DNA of 64,000 nt from Verrucomicrobiota bacterium (lineage in GTDB: Bacteria; Verrucomicrobiota; Verrucomicrobiia; Palsa-1439). A program made the position numbers and the translations under genes. Positions 1-8,597 of this stretch are shown one piece after another. The stretch is taken from the NCBI GenBank assembly GCA_037127585.1, contig JBAXYB010000005.1:603-64602 (forward strand), read 5' to 3'. The number at the start of each line of letters is the position of its first letter. The stretch's first letter is position 1. Under the pieces are notes generated by a model, which was not told the origin of the DNA, did no database searches, and saw only the letters and a program-made list of their open reading frames with translations.

Positions 1-47
1 ACGGAGTCCCGCGCTGGCGCGCGGTACTCCGTCGGCTATCTCGAGCG

Positions 48-449
48 ATGACGACAATGAGCCACCGATACCGCGTCACTTTCTCATTGCTGGTTTGCGT
101 GCTCGTTGGTCGCGCGTTGCTGGCCGAGACCAACGTTCAGAAGTTCAGCTTGGAGGGTTGGTGGCGTACCGCCGGCGTCGGGGCGGGAGAGACCCTGTAT
201 TTGACGAATACGCCCACCGGCTATGCAGGCAAGGGGTACCACTGGGGGTGTATCTCCCGCCACTCGACTGACTTTTTTGTGAGTTGCACCGAGAGTAATT
301 CCATCATCACGATGAGGCGGAAGTATTGGAAGAGGTCCGATAGTCCACCGGACGGGGTGCTCACGCAGCTGTTTACCCGGGGAGTACAGGATTCAAAGCC
401 CGTCCTCATTGACCCCGAGTCAAAAGCGGTTCTATTGATAAAGCCTTGA
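48..449 (+). CDS. hypothetical exported protein (133 aa)
   Basis: ORF with a signal-like N-terminal hydrophobic stretch (FSLLVCVLVGRALLAETN). No family recognised. Confidence 0.35.
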   Translation: MTTMSHRYRVTFSLLVCVLVGRALLAETNVQKFSLEGWWRTAGVGAGETLYLTNTPTGYAGKGYHWGCISRHSTDFFVSCTESNSIITMRRKYWKRSDSPPDGVLTQLFTRGVQDSKPVLIDPESKAVLLIKP

Positions 450-528
450 CCTTGAGAACCAGCGCTAAAAATTCACTTCAGCCAACGGTCACCCGCGCTG
501 CCGCGCGGTTGCCCGTGGCTGAGTTTCA

Positions 529-825
529 GTGTTCGGCGGAGTAATCCTCATGACGAATACGCAGACTAGCGGAGCGTCGGGTAGGCAGGTCGCACAGCGG
601 CCGGGTTTGCGTCGTGTTGCCTATTGGTTGTTGCTCTCAGCGGTTGCTTTTACGGTCTACGCTCTGAGTTTGGGCCCGGTTGTGCATCATTACAGGCGGC
701 ACGAGAGTCTAGGATGGGAGGACTTGCCGCCATTGGTTCGCTTTTTGTATACGCCCCTTCATGCTGTTGGCGAGTATCTGCCGGTAGCGTATGATCATTA
801 CATTGTTTGGTGGATGAGCGATTAG
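529..825 (+). CDS. hypothetical small membrane protein (98 aa)
   Basis: ORF with one clear hydrophobic helix (VAYWLLLSAVAFTVYALSLGPVV). No family recognised. Confidence 0.3.
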   Translation: MFGGVILMTNTQTSGASGRQVAQRPGLRRVAYWLLLSAVAFTVYALSLGPVVHHYRRHESLGWEDLPPLVRFLYTPLHAVGEYLPVAYDHYIVWWMSD

Positions 826-856
826 TATCATGACCCGTTGCCGAACGGACAAGGCT

Positions 857-892
857 TAGCATCGGACGGAGCGGAGCGTAGCTCCGATGCTA
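857..892. terminator. hairpin between convergent genes (candidate bidirectional terminator)
   Basis: TAGCATCGGA (857-866) pairs with TCCGATGCTA (883-892), and an inner CGGAGC/GCTCCG pairing is possible. No clear T-tract. Confidence 0.3.
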
Positions 893-1084
893 TGCGTGGT
901 TGAACGAGCCCGCCAGGGTCGGCCACGCAGGCGGGGCGCGGGGCAAGTGTCCGACCAATGCCAGTGGTTGCCGGCAGTGTGGACAGGTGGGCACCGGCGT
1001 CGCCGCCTCGCAATGGGCGACGTGGCGAGAGGCGATTAACTGGTTCTTCTGTGAGGGCGGAAAACAACCCGTGCCGCCGGGACA

Positions 1085-2443
1085 TTACGGGGCCGGTTTA
1101 ACGAGCCGGGCTTTGGCGGCGTCGGACTGCAATTGTTTCTTCACGGCTTCCCGGGCTTGCTCGCTCATCTGTTCAAGCGGCGGCAGGCCGGCGCGCTCGG
1201 CAATTTCTTTTTCGTACCGGGTTTGCATGTACTCGCGCCAGACACTGCGGGCGAGTTGTTGGAAGCCTTGCGCTTGGTCTTCGTCGCCCATCGCCAGCCA
1301 AAACCAACTTTGTTGCAACGCGCCCATGATCATGTCGATGGCCTCGCGCTGACCGACGTCGCGGAGGAATTCGGTCATGCGCCCGAAGATGTAGGCTTCC
1401 AAACTCTGATTCAGTTCGGCAGCGGGATAGCGTTGGCGGAGGTCGTCGAAAATGTCCCGCGCTTCGGCGAGCCGGTGATGGGTGTAGAGCACCATGATGG
1501 CCGTGCGGAGGAAATTGCGGTGGCCGCTCTGCATGCCGCTCTCACCGGGGTTGGCCGCGATGGCTTGCTCGTAGGCGCGGCGGGCTTTGGGGATCAACGC
1601 CAGATTCGGCCCGGCAATGAACACGCCTTCGACTGGGTTGCTGAACAGTTCACCTTGCAGCGCCGCGTCGGCCATGGATTGGAATAGCATCCGTTCTAAC
1701 TGAATCACGTCGAAGCCGGTCGCATATCGTTTGCCGCGCCAGGCCCAGTAGATCGCGTGCGCTTGCGGCAACCGCCAGTCGAGCGGGCCGAATTCGCGTT
1801 CGACCTGTTCCATCAAGGCCGGGTCGAGCTTATACAGTTCTTTCATCCGCTGGGCCCGGTCGGGCGGGATGTTTTTGTAATCCGGGCGCGGCCCGTCGAA
1901 CAACTCCCCAATCTCGTCGGCCCACCAGCGTTTGTAGTAGACGTTCATCTGGTCGGAGTTGCCGGACATCTTGTGCTGATAGATCCAGCCGAGTTCCCGG
2001 TAGAGGCGGGCTTCGCCGGGGTTGTACTTCAACCCTTCGTCGCGCAACAAGCCGATGCCTTGCCGGACCCAGCGCCACCGGTCGGTCGGCTCGTTGAACA
2101 GGACGCTGATGTTGTAGGCCATGTTCCAACCGTGAAACGCCCAGACCTGCGCCATGCGCGGTTCGAGTTTCGTGATCCAATCCGCCAGTTGCACCAACTC
2201 AAAATATTTCCCGTCCTGCTGCAACTGCGACGACCGCAACCACAGCCAGTCCGCGATGATTCCGCGAAACCCGCCGAGTGCGACCGTCGTGAACGCGACC
2301 ATTGGCGGAGTGTTCTCCAGCGGTTCGCCGCGGGTGAGGTGAAAATCCCGGCGCGCTTGCAACAGCGGTTGCTGCATCGACCCCGCCACCCAGAAGCCGG
2401 TGACCGCGAGCAAGACAAGCACGATGGCGCCGAAGTGCTTCAT
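1085..2443 (-). CDS. N-terminally anchored helical protein of unknown function (452 aa), last gene of the SPFH/ABC operon
   Basis: ATG at 2443 overlaps the upstream stop by 4 nt (ATGA). Single N-terminal TM (AIVLVLLAVTGFWVAG) followed by a long Trp/Arg-rich helical body. No family recognised. Confidence 0.7.
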   Translation of the reverse strand: MKHFGAIVLVLLAVTGFWVAGSMQQPLLQARRDFHLTRGEPLENTPPMVAFTTVALGGFRGIIADWLWLRSSQLQQDGKYFELVQLADWITKLEPRMAQVWAFHGWNMAYNISVLFNEPTDRWRWVRQGIGLLRDEGLKYNPGEARLYRELGWIYQHKMSGNSDQMNVYYKRWWADEIGELFDGPRPDYKNIPPDRAQRMKELYKLDPALMEQVEREFGPLDWRLPQAHAIYWAWRGKRYATGFDVIQLERMLFQSMADAALQGELFSNPVEGVFIAGPNLALIPKARRAYEQAIAANPGESGMQSGHRNFLRTAIMVLYTHHRLAEARDIFDDLRQRYPAAELNQSLEAYIFGRMTEFLRDVGQREAIDMIMGALQQSWFWLAMGDEDQAQGFQQLARSVWREYMQTRYEKEIAERAGLPPLEQMSEQAREAVKKQLQSDAAKARLVKPAP

Positions 2444-3768
2444 TCCGGCAACCCGAGTTCCCGGCGATTAAAGAGCCACATCCCGAGCAACGCCACCGCG
2501 CCCCCAGCCACGATCACCTGCCACAACAAGATCGACCCCACCCAGCTCCACGCAATGAGTTCCCCACCGGCCAGCGGCTCCAACGGATTGGCCTGTTGAA
2601 ATGGTTTCGTCAGCCAAAACAAGCCCACATAAATCAAATGCAGCAAGAAATCGATCGCGCCCGGCGTGTCACCCGAGCCGAAAATATTGCGCTCGGTCGT
2701 CAGCGTCTGGAGATAGCCGCCGATGTTCATCAACATCACCGCATACGCCGCCGTGACCGCTGCGACCGGCAGCGAGAACACGCTCCCAATCGTCACCGCA
2801 AGCGCCCCGAGAAACGCCAACTGACACAATGCCACCAACAGGCACCGCACCAGATTCATCTCAAAACTCGTTTCCTGCACCAACACCTGCACGCCGTCGT
2901 CAGGCGCAAAGATCATCGTGACCGGCACGGGATGGATGTTGGCGATGTCCACTGTCAGCATCCCATTACTTTCCAACATCGCCGGCGGAATCCGCACGAG
3001 ATGCACCCCGGCGGGGGCGGTCAGCTCCGGTTTCTGAAATCGGTCGGGCCGGTCCGGCGCGCCGGCAACCAGCAGACAGCCGACCGGATCCTTGCCCGTC
3101 AACGACGAAGCAAACTTGTAGCGCACCGCCAACGGTCGCCCCGGCAGCGGCGCGTTCGGCAACTCAAACACGAACCGGCGAGCCAGTCCCGCCGGGATGG
3201 AATACGCCTGTTGCCGGAGTTGTTGGCGGATGGCTTCGAGGATTTGGTCCGGTGGGCCGGGCGGTAATTCGCCGCGGCGTTTCTGTTCGTCAAAAACTTT
3301 GCGCGCTGTTTCTTCAATCTCGACCGGCACCGGTTTCACGACGCGTTGGGCCACGAGAAACTGCGCGAGATTTTCCTGGCGCAGATCCCAGCGCAATAAG
3401 GCATACGTTGCCGCGCCGGCCAGCGCCAACAGCCCGGCATTGAGGATCAAGAGCCCGAGCCATTTCCCCAGCCAGAGTTGCGCGCGATAGACCGGCTTCG
3501 TCACGAGCAGATGGACTTGGCGTTCCTGTACCTCCGTGGAAATCGCCGCGCACCCGGCCCAGAGCGTCGCGATGGAGAGAATGAGGGTGACCGCGCCGAG
3601 CGTGTACCGCAGCAACACCTGCACGGTGCCGCCCACGGTACCGTCGCCTTTGATGGTCAGCGGGAGAGCGATGATTGCGACCAGCAACAGCCCCAGCAAC
3701 ACAACCACCACGCGCGACCGAATCGCGTTGCGAATGGCAATGCCGGCAATGGCGAGAACTTTACTCAT
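2440..3768 (-). CDS. ABC-2 type (NosY/YhaP-like) transporter permease with a large extracytoplasmic insert (442 aa)
   Basis: N-terminal TM, then the motif EVQERQVHLLVTKPVYRAQLWLGKWLG typical of ABC-2 permeases. Multiple C-terminal TMs. Start lies 3 nt after the ATPase stop. Confidence 0.75.
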   Translation of the reverse strand: MSKVLAIAGIAIRNAIRSRVVVVLLGLLLVAIIALPLTIKGDGTVGGTVQVLLRYTLGAVTLILSIATLWAGCAAISTEVQERQVHLLVTKPVYRAQLWLGKWLGLLILNAGLLALAGAATYALLRWDLRQENLAQFLVAQRVVKPVPVEIEETARKVFDEQKRRGELPPGPPDQILEAIRQQLRQQAYSIPAGLARRFVFELPNAPLPGRPLAVRYKFASSLTGKDPVGCLLVAGAPDRPDRFQKPELTAPAGVHLVRIPPAMLESNGMLTVDIANIHPVPVTMIFAPDDGVQVLVQETSFEMNLVRCLLVALCQLAFLGALAVTIGSVFSLPVAAVTAAYAVMLMNIGGYLQTLTTERNIFGSGDTPGAIDFLLHLIYVGLFWLTKPFQQANPLEPLAGGELIAWSWVGSILLWQVIVAGGAVALLGMWLFNRRELGLPE

Positions 3769-3771
3769 CGA

Positions 3772-4794
3772 CTACTTCGACGGCTCGACGAGCTTGCGCA
3801 ACTTTTCGTCCGCCGCCTGTTTCTGCTCGGCGGTGAGCGGTACCGGCGCCGCGGGTTGAGCGACCAAGTGTTGCAGCGCTTCATCCCCGGCCAGATATTT
3901 GGCAACACCCGATGCCGGCCCGACCCCGCTGGCTTCGGTGGTGGATTGCCGAGCTTTCTCGACGACTTCGAGGAAAAACTGTTCCAGATCGCGCCGCGGA
4001 TGATCCACGGTAGGTTCGTTGCCGAGTTCGGCGCGGACCGCGGCCAGAATACGCTCCATGCCGGCGGCGGAAACTTCCGGCATCGTCAGCCGGTACTGCG
4101 TCTTTTGCTCCAGCAATTCGTTGATCGTGCCGAGCGCCTGCACTTTGCCATTATAGAGAATGATGACCCGGTCGCACACGTCCTCGACATCCGACAACAG
4201 GTGGGACGACAGCAAGACCGTCTTGCCGCGAGCCGCCAGCGCCCGGATCAAATCCTTCACCTGCCGGCAACCGATCGGATCAAGGCCGGAGGTTGGTTCA
4301 TCGAGAATGACGAGATCAGGATCGTTGATGAGCGCCTGCGCCAACCCAATCCGCCGCGCCATGCCCTTGGAGAATTCGCCGACTTGCCGGCGGCGCGCGT
4401 GGCGGAGGCCGATCATGTCGAGCAACTGCTCGGTGCGCACCCGGCGTTCACCCGCTGGCAAATCAAACAGCATCCCGTAAAACGTCAGCGTCTCCTGAGA
4501 AGTGAGGTAGGGGTAGCTATACGATTCCTCCGGCAAGTAGCCGATCCGCGCCTTCGTCTTCACATCGCGCGGCGACCGGCCCAGAACGCGCACTTGGCCG
4601 CTGGTCGGATAAAGCAGCCCGAGAATCATCTTTAGCGTCGTGCTCTTGCCGGACCCGTTCGGTCCGAGCAAGCCGAAGACTTCGCCGCGCTTGACCGTGA
4701 ATGAAACGTCGTTGACGGCTTTAACTTTGGGCCGCCGCCAGAAATCGCGGAAGACTTTCTGCAGTCCGACGACTTCGATGATTGGCTCACTCAT
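3772..4794 (-). CDS. ABC transporter ATP-binding protein (340 aa, with C-terminal extension)
   Basis: Walker A GPNGSGKST, signature-like FSKGMARR, Walker B LVILDEPTSGLD. Start overlaps the stop of the P-type ATPase gene by 8 nt. Confidence 0.9.
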   Translation of the reverse strand: MSEPIIEVVGLQKVFRDFWRRPKVKAVNDVSFTVKRGEVFGLLGPNGSGKSTTLKMILGLLYPTSGQVRVLGRSPRDVKTKARIGYLPEESYSYPYLTSQETLTFYGMLFDLPAGERRVRTEQLLDMIGLRHARRRQVGEFSKGMARRIGLAQALINDPDLVILDEPTSGLDPIGCRQVKDLIRALAARGKTVLLSSHLLSDVEDVCDRVIILYNGKVQALGTINELLEQKTQYRLTMPEVSAAGMERILAAVRAELGNEPTVDHPRRDLEQFFLEVVEKARQSTTEASGVGPASGVAKYLAGDEALQHLVAQPAAPVPLTAEQKQAADEKLRKLVEPSK

Positions 4795-6670
4795 GGAGGT
4801 CTTCGCCGGTCCGAATCAAGCGCGCGCTGTTGAACACCACGATCAGCGAACCAACATTATGCAGAATGGCCGCGACGATCGGATTCAATTGCCCAAGCCC
4901 GGCCAGCGTCAGGCCGAGGACAATAAACAGGGCGCCGACGCTGAGGTTTTGGTAAATCACCGAGCGGGCGCCGCGCGAAAGACGCACGAGAAACGGCAGC
5001 CGGCGCAGATCATTGCTCATCAGGGCGATTGTCGCGCTGTGAATCGCAACATCGCTGCCGGCCGCGCCCATCGCAATGCCGGTATCACCCGCGGCCAAGG
5101 CCGGCGCATCGTTCACGCCGTCGCCGACGACTGCGACTTGATAGCCGTCAATTTTCACGGCGTTGACGAATTCGACTTTTTGTTGTGGCAGGCATTCGGC
5201 TTTGAATTCCGGGCAGCCGATTTCTTTCGCGACACGCGTTGCAACCGAAGTGCGGTCGCCGGTCACCATCGCAATGCGTTTGATGCCGAGTTCGCCTAAG
5301 TCTTTCAGCGCAGCTGCGGCCTCCGGGCGGACTTGATCTTGCAAGCCGACCCAGCCGAGATACCGGCCGTTCTGCGCGACAAAAATGACACTCGAACCTT
5401 CGGAGTCGACATCGTCCACCGTGACACCGTTGGCTTTTAGCCATGAGGCGCGACCGGAAACAACTTGGCCGCCGGTTACGTTTGCAATGACGCCTTGACC
5501 GGGTTCTTCACGGAAATTCTGCGGTTCAGTCAAAGGCACGTTGGCTTCTTTGGCCAGAGCGACGAGCGCGATTGCGGCCGGATGTTTGCTAAAGCGCTCG
5601 GCGCTGCCGGCGGCGAAAAGTAAGTCGCTAGGCTTCACGCCATCGCACGGCGCAAGCCGGGTGACGCCAAGCTGGCCGGTTGTAAGCGTACCGGTCTTGT
5701 CGAAGACGAATGCGGTCAACCGCGCCGCGCCTTCGAGGTCGGTCACATCTTTGACAAGAATGCCGAGCCGGGCGGCCGCTGACAACGCGGCGACCATCGC
5801 GCTGGGCGTCGCGAGGATGAGCGCGCACGGGCAGGCGGTCACGAGCAGGGCGATGACGCGATTCCAGTCGTTCGTGAAAAACCACACCAGTCCGGCAATC
5901 ATCAACACCGCCGGTGTGTAGTAGGTAATATACCGGTCGATGATCCGCATGATCGGCAACCGGGTTTTCTCGGCGGCCAGAATGAGTTCTCGAACGCGGC
6001 CGATGGTTGTGTCGGCGCCGACGCGCATCACGGTAACTTCAATCGCGCCGGTCAGATTCTGGGTACCCGCGAAGACGTCGTCCGCTGGGCCTTTGTCGCG
6101 CGGGAGCGATTCGCCGGTAATCGTGGATTCGTTCAGCGTCGTGCGGCCGGTAAGAATCTTGCCATCGGCGGGAACGTTGTCGCCCGGGACGACACGGATG
6201 CGATCGCCGGTATGCAGTTGATCCGCCGCGACGGTTTCCTCACCGCCTTTGGCGAGCAACCGGCAGGCGTTCGTCGGGGTGAGCCGGATGAGGCCTTCGA
6301 TGGCGGCGTGTGCGCCTTCGGCGGTGCGGGTTTCGATGACGACGGAAATCAGCATGAAGAACGCAACCACGCCGGCAGTGCGGAAGTCGCCTTGGACAAA
6401 CGCGGCCAGCACGGCGAGCGCGACGAGTTCGTTCATGCGCAGTTCGCCGCGGCGGATGTCGCGCCACGCGGTCTGCAGAATCGGCGACATCAAGATGATC
6501 GCACCGATGGCGGCGCTGACTTCACCGACGGGCGCGTTGAACCGGTAGAGCCAGTCGGCGAGATACGCATTCACCACGAACGCGGTGCCGATGCAAATCC
6601 ACAGGAACAGCCGCGGCGCGACTTCGTGGTCGCAACAGGCGCCGTCGTGAACGTGGCTTTTGGTTTGCAT
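4787..6670 (-). CDS. heavy-metal translocating P1B-type ATPase (about 627 aa)
   Basis: DKTGTLT phosphorylation site, GDGVNDAPAL hinge and TM6 CPC motif (TACPCALILATP). I place the start at ATG 6670 (MQTKSHVHDGACCDHE), 2 nt after the upstream stop, rather than at 6805. Confidence 0.9.
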   Translation of the reverse strand: MQTKSHVHDGACCDHEVAPRLFLWICIGTAFVVNAYLADWLYRFNAPVGEVSAAIGAIILMSPILQTAWRDIRRGELRMNELVALAVLAAFVQGDFRTAGVVAFFMLISVVIETRTAEGAHAAIEGLIRLTPTNACRLLAKGGEETVAADQLHTGDRIRVVPGDNVPADGKILTGRTTLNESTITGESLPRDKGPADDVFAGTQNLTGAIEVTVMRVGADTTIGRVRELILAAEKTRLPIMRIIDRYITYYTPAVLMIAGLVWFFTNDWNRVIALLVTACPCALILATPSAMVAALSAAARLGILVKDVTDLEGAARLTAFVFDKTGTLTTGQLGVTRLAPCDGVKPSDLLFAAGSAERFSKHPAAIALVALAKEANVPLTEPQNFREEPGQGVIANVTGGQVVSGRASWLKANGVTVDDVDSEGSSVIFVAQNGRYLGWVGLQDQVRPEAAAALKDLGELGIKRIAMVTGDRTSVATRVAKEIGCPEFKAECLPQQKVEFVNAVKIDGYQVAVVGDGVNDAPALAAGDTGIAMGAAGSDVAIHSATIALMSNDLRRLPFLVRLSRGARSVIYQNLSVGALFIVLGLTLAGLGQLNPIVAAILHNVGSLIVVFNSARLIRTGEDLHE

Positions 6671-6672
6671 GG

Positions 6673-7701
6673 TTACTGGTGCGGAACAATCGGCTGCGGT
6701 TCGGGGTTGAGTAAGAGACGGAGTTCTTGCCGGTCTTTGCCGTTTTTGTGGAGCAGGAATTTCTGGTCGACCCCGGCCAGCGCGCGGCGCAGTGAATCTT
6801 GCCACAGCGTTCGCGCCATGATGTCGGGGTTCTTTTGGTATTGCGCGTACACGGCCGTGAAATAATCCGCGCTGGCGCCGACTTCAGCGACGACTTGGCG
6901 TTTGTAGGTTTCGCCTTCGGACTTGATGCGAGCGGCTTCGCCGGCGGCTTCGTTGCGGGTGGTGGTGGCTATTTTGCGGGCGGCGCTGATCTTCGTGCTG
7001 CGTTCCTGTTCGGATTCCGTGACGGCGGCGAAGGCGGCGGCAACTTGTTTCGGGGGCGCAATCGCCAACACATCCACGCGTTCGATTCGGACGCCGAATG
7101 TTTCGGTGCGCTGGCGAACTTCGGATTCAACGGCAGCGCGCAAGGCTTCGACATCGGTGCGCAACGCGCGATCGACCGGCAGCCGCGCAGTGCACTTGAC
7201 GACGGCATGATCCAGCTCGCGTTGGAGCAAGGCTTCCGGTTGGTTGAATCGGAAGCTGTACGTCTCGAGATCCACCACGGTAAACCGCACGGCCCACCGG
7301 GAATGAATGATGTTCGCGTCGCCGGTCAGCGTGTAACCATCCACACCGGGGCGGAGGGCGCCGGGGCCGGGATTCTCCGGCGTCACTTTCTCCTCGCGCA
7401 ACCAGAACGTCGCGGAATTAATCGCCTGAACGCGTTCGGTCGGAATCCGCACGACTTCGGCGACCGGCCGCGGCCACGTCCAATGCAAGCCCGGGCCTTT
7501 GAGCCGGTCGGCAGCGAGGCCATCAATCTTACCGAACACGAGCACGTAAGCGCGTTCGTGTTGGCCAACGATGAACACGCCGGAAAATAAATACGCGACA
7601 ACGACCAAGCTCATCGCCCAGCGCAAGAGCCGGAAGCTCACCGTCAGCGCGCCGCTCAGCGCCTCGTGGCCGGTATCGGGAGTTGTTGGATGATTGGCCA
7701 T
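6673..7701 (-). CDS. SPFH/band-7 domain protein, HflK-like (342 aa)
   Basis: N-terminal TM followed by an SPFH core (VFIVGQHERAYVLVFGK...GLHWTWPRPV) and a coiled-coil Ala/Glu-rich C-terminus. Start overlaps the upstream stop by 1 nt. Confidence 0.85.
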   Translation of the reverse strand: MANHPTTPDTGHEALSGALTVSFRLLRWAMSLVVVAYLFSGVFIVGQHERAYVLVFGKIDGLAADRLKGPGLHWTWPRPVAEVVRIPTERVQAINSATFWLREEKVTPENPGPGALRPGVDGYTLTGDANIIHSRWAVRFTVVDLETYSFRFNQPEALLQRELDHAVVKCTARLPVDRALRTDVEALRAAVESEVRQRTETFGVRIERVDVLAIAPPKQVAAAFAAVTESEQERSTKISAARKIATTTRNEAAGEAARIKSEGETYKRQVVAEVGASADYFTAVYAQYQKNPDIMARTLWQDSLRRALAGVDQKFLLHKNGKDRQELRLLLNPEPQPIVPHQ

Positions 7702-8594
7702 TATTTCTTGGGCAATGCTTTGTCGCCTTGCAGTAAATCAAACGGCTCGGTCTCGGTGCTCAGTACAACCGTCGATTTCTTTTTCAACGTCAGCTCCAGC
7801 ACTTCGAGTTTGCGCAGGAACATCGCCAGCTCGGGGTTCTTCTCGAAAACCTGATACGACTCCGCCGCTTTCGCGTCGCCCTCGGCGCGGATGCGTTTGC
7901 TGGCGGCTTCGGCGGACGCGAGCAGTTGGCTGCGTTGGCTGTCGGCTTCCGCGCGAATCTTGATCGCTTCGCCTTCACCTTCCGACCGGTAGCGCTCGGC
8001 GATCTCGTCGCGTTCGGCGCGCATCCGGGCAAACACTTTTTCCGTGATCGACTCCGGCAACCCAATCTTGCGGATGCCGACGAATTGCACTTCGATGCCG
8101 TACCGGGAGAGGGCTTCGGGTTGAACGGCGGTCAACATCTGCTGCTCGATCTCGGTAAACTTCACCGCCTGTGGATCGGTGTTAATCAAACTGGAGAAGG
8201 GGAACTGGCCGAGCACGGCGTTCTTCTGGCTCCGCAACAGTCCGTCAAGATTGCGCTCGGCTTGTTCGACGGTGCCGATACGTTCCAGGAATTTGATCGG
8301 GGACTGAATGCGCCAGCCGGCATAAACGGCGGCGAGCAGATTCTTGCCGTCGCGCGTGAGCGTTTCTTCGAACGCACCGTCGAGGGTGTGGATCCGGTTG
8401 TCGAACCGGTAGACGCGCTGCACCGGCCACGGCCAGCGGGTATAGAGGCCGGCAGCGCTGATGGCGCGTTCGGGTTTACCGAACGTGGTGACGACGACCG
8501 CCTCGCCTTCGCGCACCGTGAACAACACTTGCAGCAACACAAACAGCGCGGCCACGAGCAAGCCGACTGTCAGTAGTAATCCGTTTCGTTTCAT
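7701..8594 (-). CDS. SPFH/band-7 domain protein, HflC-like (297 aa)
   Basis: TM, then FTVREGEAVVVTTFGKP, and RMRAERDEIAERYRSEGEGEAIKIRAEAD typical of HflC. Confidence 0.85.
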   Translation of the reverse strand: MKRNGLLLTVGLLVAALFVLLQVLFTVREGEAVVVTTFGKPERAISAAGLYTRWPWPVQRVYRFDNRIHTLDGAFEETLTRDGKNLLAAVYAGWRIQSPIKFLERIGTVEQAERNLDGLLRSQKNAVLGQFPFSSLINTDPQAVKFTEIEQQMLTAVQPEALSRYGIEVQFVGIRKIGLPESITEKVFARMRAERDEIAERYRSEGEGEAIKIRAEADSQRSQLLASAEAASKRIRAEGDAKAAESYQVFEKNPELAMFLRKLEVLELTLKKKSTVVLSTETEPFDLLQGDKALPKK

Positions 8595-8597
8595 TCG

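Noticed and set aside
3478-4635. 385-aa plus-strand ORF
   Set aside because: It is antisense to the ABC ATPase and ABC-2 permease genes of the minus-strand operon.
6671-6805. N-terminal 45-codon extension of the P-type ATPase ORF (MARFTAPRAGRG...)
   Set aside because: It would overlap the HflK-like gene by 133 nt and is Arg/Pro-rich. The ATG at 6670 gives a 2-nt spacing after the upstream stop and a His/Cys-rich metal-binding-like start.
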